NCBI GenBank assembly: GCA_041920415.1 | Contig: JBHGYD010000006.1 | Location: 31,683-95,682, forward strand | DNA from: Anoxybacillaceae bacterium | GTDB taxonomy: Bacteria; Bacillota; Bacilli; Bacillales; Anoxybacillaceae | DNA length: 64,000 bases | Reading direction: 5' to 3' | Shown here: piece by piece, positions 48,681 to 59,490 of the stretch | Layout of the letters: each line of letters opens with the position of its first letter | Numbering within the stretch: the first letter of the stretch is position 1 | Program-made: the position numbers and the translations under genes | The notes under the pieces: model-generated | The model's database searches: none | What the model saw: only the letters and a program-made list of their open reading frames with translations | What the model was told of the DNA's origin: nothing

Positions 48681-49530
48681 AACAACGATGACAGCCGAAC
48701 AGCCAAAATTCCGAAAGGAATCGGTGAGAAAAACCGCTGTTTTTAAAGGCGAAGGATTTAAGGAGAGTTTGAAAAGAAGAGTGGCAGGGCTCATCTTACC
48801 TTTCCTCCTATTCGCTGTCTGGCAGATCGTTGGGGCACTCGGATTCGTTTCCAAAACAGTGTTGCCGACGCCATCGGATATTGTGCTGGCCTTTAAGAAT
48901 TTGATTGTTTCGGGAGAGCTGTTTACCCATTTGAAAATCAGCGTCCTCCGCGCAGCAGCAGGATTTTTATTAGGAGCGGGTCTAGGGCTTGCAGCAGGTA
49001 TAGCCGTTGGTTTTTCGACCAAAACGGAAGGCGTGCTGGACCCGAGCTTGCAGATGCTGCGGACCATTCCTCATCTGGCGGTTGCACCACTCTTTATCTT
49101 ATGGTTTGGCTTTGGAGAAGCGTCCAAAATTTTATTAATCGCCAAAGGGGCATTTTTTCCGATTTATGTAAATACGTTTCTTGGCATACGTGAAGTGGAC
49201 GCAAAGCTGTTTGATGTAGCGCGGACTCTTGGTTTCAGCAGATGGAAACAAATAAAGCTTCTCATCCTGCCTTCCGCTCTTCCCAATATCTTATTGAGCA
49301 TCCGCTTATCCCTCGGAGCCGCGTGGCTAGCGCTGGTCGTTGCTGAGCTAATGGGGTCGACAGAAGGGGTGGGCTACATGATGATGGATGCTAGGCAGTT
49401 CAGCAACACCGATATTGTTTTTGTCGGGATTATCATTTTCGCAGTAGTCGGAAAACTGACAGATTCGTTTGTTCGCTTATTGGAAAAACGCTTACTCAAA
49501 TGGCAGGATACCTATAAAGGTGGCATATAA
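48673..49530 (+). CDS. ssuC: Aliphatic sulfonate ABC transporter permease
   Basis: A BPD-type permease with an EAA-like loop (TLGFSRWKQIKLLILPSALP). The ATG overlaps the ssuA stop by 8 nt. Confidence 0.88.
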   Translation: MAKTTMTAEQPKFRKESVRKTAVFKGEGFKESLKRRVAGLILPFLLFAVWQIVGALGFVSKTVLPTPSDIVLAFKNLIVSGELFTHLKISVLRAAAGFLLGAGLGLAAGIAVGFSTKTEGVLDPSLQMLRTIPHLAVAPLFILWFGFGEASKILLIAKGAFFPIYVNTFLGIREVDAKLFDVARTLGFSRWKQIKLLILPSALPNILLSIRLSLGAAWLALVVAELMGSTEGVGYMMMDARQFSNTDIVFVGIIIFAVVGKLTDSFVRLLEKRLLKWQDTYKGGI

Positions 49531-49599
49531 AAAGAGCATCTAGCTAACTGAAAACCAACTATTTAAATCGGTTTAATAATGAAAAGGAGTGAGTTAAAA

Positions 49600-50148
49600 A
49601 TGTCGAATGTTGTGTTGATTTCCGGAAGTCCATCCCAAAATTCCAAAACGGCTTCGATTGCCAAAAGGCTGCAAAAGGAGCTAATCGAAAGAAACCATCG
49701 CGCCGATTTGATAGAAGTGCGTGAGCTGCCAGCAGAGGATTTGCTTTATGCCAATTTCAAAAGCCCAGCCATTGCCAATACTCATACATTGATTAAGGCT
49801 GCGGACGCGGTCATCGTTTTAAGCCCTGTCTACAAGGGAAGCTACACAGGAATTTTAAAGTCCTTTCTTGATTTGCTGCCGGAAAAGATCCTTGCTGATA
49901 AGATTGTGGCGCCGGTTGTGACAGGGGGAACGATCGCTCATCTTCTATCTATCGAATACGCCTTTAAGCCGATTTTTTCACTATTAGGAGCAAAAGAGAT
50001 TTTACATGGGGTATTTATTTTAGATGCGAACGTTCAATGGAATGAAAAAGGTGAAGTTTTTTTAGCTAAAGAGGTAGAGGAAAGAATTCAGCGGAGCTTA
50101 GAGGATTTGTTGAAAGCAACAGAAAGAAAAGATATTCCAACTATTTAG
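49600..50148 (+). CDS. ssuE: NADPH-dependent FMN reductase
   Basis: ISGSPSQNSKT...LSPVYKGSYTGILKSFLDLLP...TGGTIAHLLSIEYAFKPIFSLLGAKEILHGVF closely parallels E. coli SsuE as I recall it. Confidence 0.88.
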   Translation: MSNVVLISGSPSQNSKTASIAKRLQKELIERNHRADLIEVRELPAEDLLYANFKSPAIANTHTLIKAADAVIVLSPVYKGSYTGILKSFLDLLPEKILADKIVAPVVTGGTIAHLLSIEYAFKPIFSLLGAKEILHGVFILDANVQWNEKGEVFLAKEVEERIQRSLEDLLKATERKDIPTI

Positions 50149-50167
50149 TTAGAAAGGAGTAGGAAAA

Positions 50168-51295
50168 ATGGAAATTTTGTGGTTTATTCCTTCACACGGT
50201 GACGGCCGATACCTCGGAACGACAAAAGGAGGCCGCTCTGCTGAATATAGCTACTTCCGTCAAATTGCACAAGCCGCCGATCGTCTCGGGTATAAAGGGG
50301 TCTTAATTCCTACTGGAAAATCCTGCGAAGATCCGTGGTTGCTAGCGGCAGCGTTGGCTGCGGAAACGGAGCAGCTACATTTTCTTGTTGCTGTCCGGCC
50401 AGGTTTAATGTCTCCTACACTCGCAGCAAGAATGGCTTCAACGCTTGACCGTATTTCTGGCGGGCGTCTGCTTATCAATGTGGTGGCCGGGGGAGACCCT
50501 GTTGAGCTTGCAGGTGACGGACTGTTTTTAAACCATGATGAACGTTATGAAGCGACAGATGAGTTTCTTACGATTTGGAAAAAGCTGCTGAATGGTGAAG
50601 AGGTCACATTTGAAGGTAGTCATTTAAAAGTGAAAGGAGGAAAGCTTCTATTCCCTTCTGTACAAAAACCATATCCTCCGATTTATTTTGGTGGATCATC
50701 TCCGGCGGGACAGCTCGTGGCAGCGAAACATTCCGATGTATATTTAACCTGGGGGGAACCGCCAGAACAGGCGGAAAAAAAACTTTCAGAGGTGAAAAAA
50801 CTTGCTGAGGAACAAGGAAGAACGGTTGAATTCGGCATGCGGCTGCATGTGATTGTTCGGGAAACCGAAAAGGAAGCATGGGAGGCTGCCGAACAATTAA
50901 TCCGATATGTGGATGAGAAAACGATTCAAGAAGCGCAGCGAGTATTTTCCCGCTACGATTCTGTGGGGCAGCAACGAATGAGACAGCTGCACAATGGAAG
51001 CAGGGAGTCTTTAGAAATCAGCCCGAATTTATGGGCAGGTGTTGGCCTTGTGAGAGGAGGAGCAGGGACAGCCTTGGTGGGAGATCCACAAACTGTGGCA
51101 AAACGCTTGCTGGAATATCAGCAATTGGGAATTAATCGTTTCATCTTATCCGGCTATCCGCATCTGGAGGAGGCATATCGGGTTGCCGAACTGTTATTCC
51201 CGCTCCTGCCACTAGACCATGGCAAGAAGAATGAAGGACTCGTTCAGGGGGAAATCATTGGAAATGAATTTTTCCCTTCATTTATTAAAGTGTGA
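50168..51295 (+). CDS. ssuD: FMNH2-dependent alkanesulfonate monooxygenase
   Basis: 375 aa and near-collinear with B. subtilis SsuD as I recall it ([36 protein letters not shown]). Confidence 0.93.
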   Translation: MEILWFIPSHGDGRYLGTTKGGRSAEYSYFRQIAQAADRLGYKGVLIPTGKSCEDPWLLAAALAAETEQLHFLVAVRPGLMSPTLAARMASTLDRISGGRLLINVVAGGDPVELAGDGLFLNHDERYEATDEFLTIWKKLLNGEEVTFEGSHLKVKGGKLLFPSVQKPYPPIYFGGSSPAGQLVAAKHSDVYLTWGEPPEQAEKKLSEVKKLAEEQGRTVEFGMRLHVIVRETEKEAWEAAEQLIRYVDEKTIQEAQRVFSRYDSVGQQRMRQLHNGSRESLEISPNLWAGVGLVRGGAGTALVGDPQTVAKRLLEYQQLGINRFILSGYPHLEEAYRVAELLFPLLPLDHGKKNEGLVQGEIIGNEFFPSFIKV

Positions 51296-51305
51296 ACAAA
51301 AGCAG

Positions 51306-51334
51306 AGCCTGCCATTTGATGCGGCAGGCTTTTT
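51306..51334. terminator. Bidirectional terminator (ssuD / resE)
   Basis: Stem agcctgcc/ggcaggct followed by TTTT. Confidence 0.75.
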
Positions 51335-51340
51335 AAGTTG

Positions 51341-53131
51341 CTATTCCATTTTTGCATTCGGCAAGTAAAACGTAAACGTCGTTCCTTCATGAAGCTTGCT
51401 ATGCACGGAAATCATCCCTTTATGGGCTTCGACGATGTTTTTCGCAATCGCAAGGCCCAATCCTGTTCCAGAACGGCCGCGTGTGCGCGCTTTGTCCGCT
51501 TTGTAAAAACGTTCAAATACAAACGGTAAATCTTCTTCAGGAATACCTGAACCGGAATCTTGAACGTGAATCGTGACCCCGTCGCCGCTTCGTTCTACAA
51601 TGACTTTTACCATTCCGTTTTCGTCGGTATGACGAATCGCGTTATCAATTAAGTTCGTCAACACTTGTTCGATGCGGTCAGGGTCGATCGTTAGTTGAAC
51701 GATTTCGTCTTTCAGTTCAGCTGATAAATGAATTTGTTTTTCCTTGGCCAAGCCTTGGAATTTACGAATAATCCGTTCTATATACGGACCAATCTCTACG
51801 GTTTCGTAATTTAACGTCATATGTCCGGCTTCCATGCGCGCTAAATCTAATAAATCATTGACGAGACGCCCCATTCGTAACGATTCGTCATATATGACTT
51901 TGGCCATCTCTTTCTTTTCCTCATCCGTTGCGGCAATATCATCAATGATGGCTTCGCTATACCCTTGCAGCATCGCAATCGGCGTGCGAAGTTCATGGGA
52001 AACGTTAGCAATAAAATCTTTCCGCAGCTTGTCCAATCGGCGCTCTTCCGTCATATCGCGCAAGACAGCGACCGCTCCACGAACAGCCGTCTGGTTATAA
52101 AGCGGTGTCATTAAAATGACCCATGTACGCCCTTGCAGCGTTAATTCCGCCACTTGTTCTTTTTCTTCGCTAACGACGCGGGCGAACAACTCCTTCACTT
52201 GCGGCGGCAATGGCGCCATCGCCTCGCCTTCATTTCCTTGTTCAAAATACCATGTCTGCAAAAATCGCTCCGCTGGTGGGTTCGTAATTAAAATTTCCCC
52301 GTCGCGATTAAAAGTAATGACACCATCTGCCATGCTGCTTAAAATGCTCGCCAGTTGCTCTTTTTCTTGGTTTAACGCATTAATATTAAATTGCAGCCGC
52401 CTTCCCATTTGGTTAAACGCCATCGCTAACTCGCCAATTTCATCATGGGTTAAAATCGGCACTTTCGTATCAAATTTACCGCGGGCAACTTCAAAAGCAG
52501 CTTGGCGCATTTTGCGAAGCGGAGCGGTAATTCGTGTTGATAAGAAAAACGCAAACACCGTCGTTAAGACTATTGCAATGAACGCCGCAAGAAAAATGAA
52601 TTTCTTCGTTTGTTGTGTTGTATCTTCAACGATTTTTAACGACTGGTAAATAAATACCGCTCCATGTTTTCCGTCGGCTGTCTTTAGCGGCACACCGACA
52701 ATAAGCAATTCGCCGTAACGGTCAGCACCAGCTTGAACGTTCGGCAAGTATGTTTTCTTTTTTACTTTTTTTTGTTCTGTAAATACGGTTTTTAAATCTT
52801 TGTCTTTTTGAATAAGTGATAATGGCAAATTACGAAGTTGAGCATTTGTTGAAGAATACCAATAATGATGGTCATCGGCGATAATAACCGCTTTTGACAT
52901 ATCCCCGACTAACGTCCAAGCAATGGAGCGAGCAAGCTTCTCGTCTCTATACTCTTCCATCACTTCTGCTACTTTTGTTGCCAATTGGGTTAGCTCTTTT
53001 TCTGCTTCTTGAACATGATAATTTTCAAAAAACTTTAGGAGAAGAATCGTTAAAATAAAGAGAACACATGAAACAAGCAACAAAATGGTAAACCATAGTT
53101 TCCCGACAACGCTTCGCCAAAACCACATCAT
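51341..53131 (-). CDS. resE: Sensor histidine kinase ResE
   Basis: 596 aa with two TM helices, HAMP, PAS, an H-box (SHELRTPI) and an HATPase domain ([17 protein letters not shown]). Confidence 0.92.
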   Translation of the reverse strand: MMWFWRSVVGKLWFTILLLVSCVLFILTILLLKFFENYHVQEAEKELTQLATKVAEVMEEYRDEKLARSIAWTLVGDMSKAVIIADDHHYWYSSTNAQLRNLPLSLIQKDKDLKTVFTEQKKVKKKTYLPNVQAGADRYGELLIVGVPLKTADGKHGAVFIYQSLKIVEDTTQQTKKFIFLAAFIAIVLTTVFAFFLSTRITAPLRKMRQAAFEVARGKFDTKVPILTHDEIGELAMAFNQMGRRLQFNINALNQEKEQLASILSSMADGVITFNRDGEILITNPPAERFLQTWYFEQGNEGEAMAPLPPQVKELFARVVSEEKEQVAELTLQGRTWVILMTPLYNQTAVRGAVAVLRDMTEERRLDKLRKDFIANVSHELRTPIAMLQGYSEAIIDDIAATDEEKKEMAKVIYDESLRMGRLVNDLLDLARMEAGHMTLNYETVEIGPYIERIIRKFQGLAKEKQIHLSAELKDEIVQLTIDPDRIEQVLTNLIDNAIRHTDENGMVKVIVERSGDGVTIHVQDSGSGIPEEDLPFVFERFYKADKARTRGRSGTGLGLAIAKNIVEAHKGMISVHSKLHEGTTFTFYLPNAKME

Positions 53132-53847
53132 TCATTAACAACCTCGAACTTATAGCCAACTCCCCAGACGGTCACAATCATCTTGGCCGCTGCTGGCGAA
53201 ACTTTATTTAACTTTTCACGAAGGCGTTTAATGTGAGTATCGACCGTGCGCAAGTCACCGAAAAATTCATAATGCCATACTTCTTTCAACAACTGCTCTC
53301 GGTCAAACACTTTATCCGGTGATTTCGCTAAAAATAACAGCAATTCATATTCCTTCGGCGTTAAGCTGACTTCTTTGCCATCCGCCGTGACACGGTGCGC
53401 ATCATTATCAATCGTTAAATGTGGAAAGACAAGAACGTCTTTTGCCGTTGTATCTGCTTGTAAGTAAACCGTATTGGCGGCACGGCGCAATAATGCTTTC
53501 ACACGCAATACAACTTCACGGGGACTGAACGGTTTGACAATATAATCATCCGTCCCTGCTTCGAATCCTTGCACGCGATTCGCTTCCTCCCCTTTGGCCG
53601 TCAACATAATGATTGGCGTTGCTTTCTTTTCACGAATTTCCTTGCATACGTCAACGCCGTCCTTGCCCGGCAACATTAAGTCAAGCAAGATTAAGTCATA
53701 GTCGTTTTCCAACGCTTTTTTGAGCGCATCGTCTCCATTATCGGCCTCTTCAATGAGGTACTCTTCGCGCTCTAAATACATTTTCAATAAGCGACGAATT
53801 CGCTCTTCGTCATCGACCACTAAAATTTTCACTTGTTTATCCATCAT
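53128..53847 (-). CDS. resD: Response regulator ResD (OmpR family)
   Basis: Receiver domain (ILVVDDE..., LLDLMLPG) plus a winged-helix output domain. It has an ATGA overlap with resE. Confidence 0.93.
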   Translation of the reverse strand: MMDKQVKILVVDDEERIRRLLKMYLEREEYLIEEADNGDDALKKALENDYDLILLDLMLPGKDGVDVCKEIREKKATPIIMLTAKGEEANRVQGFEAGTDDYIVKPFSPREVVLRVKALLRRAANTVYLQADTTAKDVLVFPHLTIDNDAHRVTADGKEVSLTPKEYELLLFLAKSPDKVFDREQLLKEVWHYEFFGDLRTVDTHIKRLREKLNKVSPAAAKMIVTVWGVGYKFEVVNE

Positions 53848-53986
53848 ATGAACATCCTCCCTCGTTCACTATTTTACAAAAGTGTGCCCGTTTTATCTAC
53901 ATTTTCCCGGAATGAACATAGAAATACAGAAAACAAAAATATTTTATGAAGCCATCGTCATTTTTTCTTTCAATCTCAACGCCGCA

Positions 53987-54018
53987 CAAAAAAGAGGATA
54001 TCTCATAATGAGACATCC
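53987..54018 (-). terminator. Internal terminator-like hairpin between resC and resD
   Basis: The minus strand reads GGATGTCTCAT T ATGAGATATCC followed by TCTTTTTTG. It lies 14 nt after the resC stop. Confidence 0.55.
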
Positions 54019-54031
54019 CCCTTTGTCTTTG

Positions 54032-55216
54032 TTATGACCCTGCATAAGAGTGTAACCCTGCAATGACAAGATTGACCGCGACAAGGTTAAACATAATAAT
54101 CGCAAACCCGATGACCGCAAGCCATGCGGACTTTTCCCCATGCCATCCTCTTGATAAGCGAAGATGTAAAAACGCGGCATAAAATAGCCATGTAATTAAG
54201 GCCCATACTTCTTTCGGATCCCAACCCCAAAAACGCGTCCACGCAATTTGCGCCCAAATCATAGCGAAAATGAGCGCCCCAAGCGTAAACACAGGAAAGC
54301 CAATCGCCACCGCCCGATAACTAATTTCATCGGTCAAATCTAAATTGACATTTTTCACTAACGGCTGTAACGCTGCGGCCACGCGCTTTCGTAATACAAG
54401 GCGCAACAACCAATACAAAACAAATCCGCCCATCAATGACCAAATGACCGTGTTTAATTTTTTCGCATTAATGATTGCTGGCATTTCGACAAGCGGTTTA
54501 AAACGATCAGCGCTTTCTTTTTCGAGTTTCCCCTTATGTGGTCCAACAAGTGCTGGCATCTCATACACTACTTCTGTTTTTGTGCCATTTTTGTCGATCC
54601 ATTTAAATTTCGCTTCATAATCGGCAGCGCCAAATGCTGTTGAAACAGCGACAAAGCCGAGTGTTGCAATTAAACAGAATAGAACGAACTCCAGCCAAAA
54701 CGTGCGTTTGCTTGGTTTCGATTGGTCGACGACGCGAATTAAATAAATGAGTCCTGCTGCAAAACTGACCGCTAAAATCGCTTCCCCAGCCGCCGCTGTT
54801 GTGACATGAATTTGCAGCCAATCGCTCTGTAACGCTGGAATAAGCGGCGTAATCTCGCGCGGAAACATACTTGCATAAGCAATGACGAGAAGCGCAACCG
54901 GCAATGTGAATAAACCAAGCACACTTGTTTTATAAATAAAGTAAATAATAATAAATGCCCCAACAAGCATCATTCCGAAAAATGTCGTAAACTCAAATAA
55001 GTTGCTGACCGGTGCGTGTCCCGCCGCAATCCATCTTGTAATAAAATACCCTACTTGAGAAATAAATCCCGCAATCGTAATGATAATCCCGATGGTTGAC
55101 CAGCGATTCGTGCGCGGCTTTTCTTTTTTATCACGAATCGCACCGCCAAAAAATAGCGTTCCGATTAAATAGAGAACAAACGCTATATAAAGCAATGTGC
55201 TACTTAGTTGCGCCAT
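54032..55216 (-). CDS. resC: Cytochrome c biogenesis protein ResC (CcsA family)
   Basis: Polytopic, with a W-rich haem-handling motif ([14 protein letters not shown]). Confidence 0.92.
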   Translation of the reverse strand: MAQLSSTLLYIAFVLYLIGTLFFGGAIRDKKEKPRTNRWSTIGIIITIAGFISQVGYFITRWIAAGHAPVSNLFEFTTFFGMMLVGAFIIIYFIYKTSVLGLFTLPVALLVIAYASMFPREITPLIPALQSDWLQIHVTTAAAGEAILAVSFAAGLIYLIRVVDQSKPSKRTFWLEFVLFCLIATLGFVAVSTAFGAADYEAKFKWIDKNGTKTEVVYEMPALVGPHKGKLEKESADRFKPLVEMPAIINAKKLNTVIWSLMGGFVLYWLLRLVLRKRVAAALQPLVKNVNLDLTDEISYRAVAIGFPVFTLGALIFAMIWAQIAWTRFWGWDPKEVWALITWLFYAAFLHLRLSRGWHGEKSAWLAVIGFAIIMFNLVAVNLVIAGLHSYAGS

Positions 55217-56858
55217 TCATTTCTCCTCCTTGCGCTGCTTTCTTCTCGACTTCTGCTTGGTCGATTGGCATCGTTAACCCCGTTCCCTCGATGACATACT
55301 TGATTTCATTTTTCAATCCGAACCAGTTTTTATTTGTATGGGCCGCAAGCCACACTTCACCATTCACACGCTGCAGCCAAATGCGACGATGGTTCCAATA
55401 CATTCCTTGAATGAGACCAATCATAAAAATCGCTCCGCCGACTCCTAAAATCCATAACGTAAAATCACGACGTACTGTTAAAGCGGAAACGTTTCTTGTC
55501 TCTATACCGGCAAACGCCATTTTATATTTATTATTGCCAAATGGCTCAATCGTCTGACGAATCGCCACAAAACTCACTTCACCTTTAGGCTTGTCCGGTG
55601 CATACATTTTAAAGACAAATGCTGGATTGTTTGGAATTTTCGATTTTGTCGATGGGTTCCCATCATCATCAAAATAAAAGTCAGGAAAATAACTGAGCAA
55701 CTCCACGCGATATCCTTTTCCGAGATCGTAAGAAGGTTGCGGATTATGTAAATCAACCGTCACCATGCCGAATTGCTGATTTGTTTTTTTATCGATTAAA
55801 TAAAAGGACATTTTATTTAGTTCATTGAGTTTAAAATCGACTTGATATAGCGCGTAATGATCGTATTTAAGCGGGTGGTTGACACGAATATGATATTCTT
55901 TTATTTTCTTGAGCTTCGGCTCTTCTCCTGGCACAATCGGACCGACGCGCTTGTAAAGAACAACGTTAGATTGATAGTTTTTGGCGACCATTCGGTTTCC
56001 CACTTTATCAATTGCTGCCTGAAATACTTGATTTTCTTTGTTTTTATCGTATACTTCAAAAATAAATTTCTCATTTTTTAAAAAATATTTACCATTTGTA
56101 CCAGGAATTGCTTTTGTTTCTCCTTCACGAATCCAAAGTACTTTATCAACGTACATGCCCGGTACAAAGCGAAGCATCGCACCGATTAAAAAAATGATTA
56201 AGCCGATGTGGTTGACATACGGTCCCCACCGCGAAAACCGTCCTTTTTCAGCGAGAATGTTACCGTTTTCTTCGCGAATTTGATAACGGCGTTTCGACAA
56301 CCGCTCTTTCACTTTTTCGAAAAGGTGCTCATCATTTATTTTCGTCGCGCTAAACAAACGCTGGCGGCGCAAAAATGACGTATGCCGCGTCACTCCTTGA
56401 TTTTTCAAAGCGCGGTAAAGCGGAATCACCCGGTCTAAACTGCAAATGACCAGCGAAACGCCAATGGAAGCTATCAACAGCATGTACCACCAAGAGCCAT
56501 ATAAATTATCAAACCCGAGTTGATAATACAATTTCCCCGCCCATCCGTATTGATCTTCATAATATTGTGCGGGCGTTACGTTTGGCGGTAGATACATTTC
56601 TTGTGGGAAAATCGTGCCAATAGCCGAGGCAATGAGCGTAATGACAATGAGCCACACGCCGACTTTAACAGACGAAAAAAAGTTCCAAATTTTATCAATT
56701 ATTGTCTTATTGTACGTTTGTGAGCGGCGGGCGCTTCCTTCATAGCGCATGTTCAATAATTTTTTCGATGTGTCTTCTTCAATCGGTTTTCCGCACGATT
56801 CACAAAAAACGGTACCATATGGGTTGACGTGACCACATTCACATTTTACTTGTTCCAT
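55200..56858 (-). CDS. resB: Cytochrome c biogenesis protein ResB (CcsB family)
   Basis: It has an N-terminal Cys4 ribbon ([19 protein letters not shown]) and a ResB domain. The ATG at 56858 is preceded by GGGAG. Confidence 0.92.
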   Translation of the reverse strand: MEQVKCECGHVNPYGTVFCESCGKPIEEDTSKKLLNMRYEGSARRSQTYNKTIIDKIWNFFSSVKVGVWLIVITLIASAIGTIFPQEMYLPPNVTPAQYYEDQYGWAGKLYYQLGFDNLYGSWWYMLLIASIGVSLVICSLDRVIPLYRALKNQGVTRHTSFLRRQRLFSATKINDEHLFEKVKERLSKRRYQIREENGNILAEKGRFSRWGPYVNHIGLIIFLIGAMLRFVPGMYVDKVLWIREGETKAIPGTNGKYFLKNEKFIFEVYDKNKENQVFQAAIDKVGNRMVAKNYQSNVVLYKRVGPIVPGEEPKLKKIKEYHIRVNHPLKYDHYALYQVDFKLNELNKMSFYLIDKKTNQQFGMVTVDLHNPQPSYDLGKGYRVELLSYFPDFYFDDDGNPSTKSKIPNNPAFVFKMYAPDKPKGEVSFVAIRQTIEPFGNNKYKMAFAGIETRNVSALTVRRDFTLWILGVGGAIFMIGLIQGMYWNHRRIWLQRVNGEVWLAAHTNKNWFGLKNEIKYVIEGTGLTMPIDQAEVEKKAAQGGEMNGATK

Positions 56859-56870
56859 TGCCAAAACTCC

Positions 56871-57392
56871 CTACGGTTTAATGCTTTCCATGTATTGCTG
56901 TACCATCTCTTCTGTCATCGTTCCTGTAATGATTTTTTTAATTGTTCCGTTTTTGTCAATTAAAAATGTTGCCGGCAGTTGGTCAATGTCATAGGCGTCC
57001 ATCACTTGGTCCTCACGATCGATAACAACTGGAAATGTTAGTCCAAATCGATCAACAAACTTTTGCACACTTAGCTTTGGTTCACCGACATTAACGGCCA
57101 ATACTTCGACCCCTTGTTTCTTATAAATTTGATATTGTCGGTTAATATACGGCATTTCTTTTTCGCACGGCTTACACCACGTTCCCCAAAAATTGAGAAA
57201 TACCCCTTTGCCACGGTAATCAGATAAACGGTGTGTCTTTCCGTTTAAATCCGTCAACACAAAATCAGGGGCAGTGGCACCGACTTTAATGGCTGTTTTT
57301 TCCGTAAAAAAGTTCGAATAAATCGTATAGCCCACTGCGCTAAGCAACAGTAATAAAATAACCGTTCTCACAACAAGCCGTTGTTTTTTCAT
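56871..57392 (-). CDS. resA: Thiol-disulfide oxidoreductase ResA
   Basis: It has a membrane anchor plus a thioredoxin fold with CxxC (WCKPC). Confidence 0.93.
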   Translation of the reverse strand: MKKQRLVVRTVILLLLLSAVGYTIYSNFFTEKTAIKVGATAPDFVLTDLNGKTHRLSDYRGKGVFLNFWGTWCKPCEKEMPYINRQYQIYKKQGVEVLAVNVGEPKLSVQKFVDRFGLTFPVVIDREDQVMDAYDIDQLPATFLIDKNGTIKKIITGTMTEEMVQQYMESIKP

Positions 57393-57497
57393 AGATCTAA
57401 CTCCCTTGAAGCAAAGATATACTATTTCCCATTATAGCAATATTCACTATCTTCATAATGAAAATGATATGAAAATTGTGTGACAAATGACAATTGT

Positions 57498-58235
57498 TTA
57501 CTTATGAACTCCTTCGCCGGATAACGCAAGCGCGCGAAGTTGTTTCACTTCATGCGGCGATAACTCCCGATAATCGCCGGGATTTAATCCTTTCAAATCA
57601 AGGAACGCATAACGCTCCCGCTTCAGTTTCATCACGCGACAGCCGATCGCTTCAAACATGCGGCGCACTTGGCGATTACGCCCTTCATGAATGCGTATTT
57701 CAATGATCGCCGTTTGTTTCCGCTTATCGAGTGAAAGCATTTTCACTTTTGCCGGTGCTGTCATGCCATCCTCGAGCATAATTCCTTTTTCTAATTGTTT
57801 CAGTTGCTCTCGTGTTGGGATGCCTTTGACTTTGGCAATATACACTTTTTCGATTTCGTAGCGAGGGTGCATGAGAAGGTTCGCAAAATCCCCATCGTTC
57901 GTCAATAACAATAACCCTGATGTATCGTAATCTAATCGTCCAATCGGGTAAATGCGCTTGTCCAACCCCTCAAAAAAATCAGTAACGACTTTTCGGCCTT
58001 TATCATCTTTCACGCTCGAAATGACACCGCGTGGCTTATAAAGAAGGTAATAAACCGGTTCTTCCCTCTCAACCGGAATACCGTCCACTTCGATTTTATC
58101 TTGAGGACCTACTTTCACACCGAGCTCGGTCACCACTTTGCCGTTTACTTTTACTTTTCCTTGTAAAATGAGCTCTTCTGCTTTTCTTCGTGATGCAATT
58201 CCCGCATGGGCAATGACTTTTTGCAATCGTTCCAT
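57498..58235 (-). CDS. rluB: 23S rRNA pseudouridine synthase RluB
   Basis: MERLQKVIAHAGIASRRKAEELI (S4 domain) and the catalytic RLDYDTSGLLLLTNDG. The upstream extension to 58316 is rejected. Confidence 0.9.
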   Translation of the reverse strand: MERLQKVIAHAGIASRRKAEELILQGKVKVNGKVVTELGVKVGPQDKIEVDGIPVEREEPVYYLLYKPRGVISSVKDDKGRKVVTDFFEGLDKRIYPIGRLDYDTSGLLLLTNDGDFANLLMHPRYEIEKVYIAKVKGIPTREQLKQLEKGIMLEDGMTAPAKVKMLSLDKRKQTAIIEIRIHEGRNRQVRRMFEAIGCRVMKLKRERYAFLDLKGLNPGDYRELSPHEVKQLRALALSGEGVHK

Positions 58236-58330
58236 CATTCTCACCTCTTCAATCATCTTACTCTTTCCACAAAAAAGATACAAGCATTGTCCCCTCACTA
58301 TTTTTATCATACCCACCTTTTTTCGACAAA

Positions 58331-58357
58331 CAAAAAAGCAACCTACATCGTTAGGTT
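58331..58357 (-). terminator. Terminator downstream of spmB
   Basis: The minus strand reads AACCTA ACGATG TAGGTT followed by GCTTTTTTG. Confidence 0.65.
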
Positions 58358-58360
58358 ACT

Positions 58361-58894
58361 TTATCTTCCAAATATGAATAATACAATAAAAAATGAAACG
58401 ATAAAACTAAGTACATCCGCTAAAATTCCTACTTTCAACGCATCGCCCATTTTTTTAATGCCAACAGCCCCAAAGTAAACGGTTAACACGTACAACGTCG
58501 TTTCCGTGCTCCCTTGAATCGTCGAGGCGAGCCGGCCGATAAACGAATCGGGGCCGTATGTGGCAATCAAATCGGTCGTCATGCCTAAAGCGGCCGTTCC
58601 AGAAATCGTACGAATCATCGCCAGCGGCACGACTTCTGCTGGAAGACCAATCGTTTCCATCAGCGGCTTAATGAAGTTCATCATGTAGTCCAATGCTCCC
58701 GAAGCGCGAAAAATCGAAATCGACACAAGCATGCCGACTAAATATGGAATGACGGAAAAAGCAATTTGAATCCCTTCCTTTCCACCTTCGACAAACGCTT
58801 CATAAGTCGGAACTTTTTTGAATGTACCGTATAAAAGAATAAAAGCAATGGTCGCAGGAATTAACCAAATGGAAATGTATTGAATAAGCGCCAT
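58361..58894 (-). CDS. spmB: Spore maturation protein B
   Basis: 177 aa with a nucleoside-recognition-type membrane domain. It is coupled to spmA (TAATG). Confidence 0.9.
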   Translation of the reverse strand: MALIQYISIWLIPATIAFILLYGTFKKVPTYEAFVEGGKEGIQIAFSVIPYLVGMLVSISIFRASGALDYMMNFIKPLMETIGLPAEVVPLAMIRTISGTAALGMTTDLIATYGPDSFIGRLASTIQGSTETTLYVLTVYFGAVGIKKMGDALKVGILADVLSFIVSFFIVLFIFGR

Positions 58895-59490
58895 TACCGC
58901 TTCCCACCTTTTCGCGTTCGTTTCCAGTGGTAATATCGATCAATAAAAATCGCGCCAATCGTTGAAAGAGTCGAAGCAACGAGTGTGGTTCCAATAATTT
59001 CTCCTGGCGCTGCGGAATTGTATGTCATCCGAATCGAGATGACCGTTGCTGGAATAAGGGTAATACCGGATGTATTCATGGCCAAAAACGTCACCATCGA
59101 GCGGCTGGCGAAATCTTGATAACCGTTTAATTTTTTCAGCTCTTCCATCGCTTTAATTCCCATCGGCGTTGCGGCGTTGCCAAGTCCAAACATATTGGCA
59201 ATCATATTCGAAACAATATATCCCATCGCCGGGTGGTTTGCTGGCACTTCAGGAAAAAGGCAGCGAACAAGCGGTTTACATAAGCGCGCTAACTTTTCCA
59301 ATAATCCCGCTTCTTCCGCAATTCTCATCAACCCAAGCCAAAACACTAAAATGCTAATCATTCCGATGCTGATGGTTACTGCCTCTTTTGCGCCTTTGAA
59401 CACCGCTTCATTCACTTCGTTCATCGTACCGTGTGCCATCGCAAAGAGGATCCCAACAAGCGCCATCATCATCCATATAATATTAACCAT
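58894..59490 (-). CDS. spmA: Spore maturation protein A
   Basis: MVNIIWMMMALVGILFAMAHGTMNEVNEAVFKGAKEAV matches the B. subtilis SpmA N-terminus as I recall it. The ATG at 59490 overlaps the dacB stop by 8 nt. Confidence 0.9.
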   Translation of the reverse strand: MVNIIWMMMALVGILFAMAHGTMNEVNEAVFKGAKEAVTISIGMISILVFWLGLMRIAEEAGLLEKLARLCKPLVRCLFPEVPANHPAMGYIVSNMIANMFGLGNAATPMGIKAMEELKKLNGYQDFASRSMVTFLAMNTSGITLIPATVISIRMTYNSAAPGEIIGTTLVASTLSTIGAIFIDRYYHWKRTRKGGKR

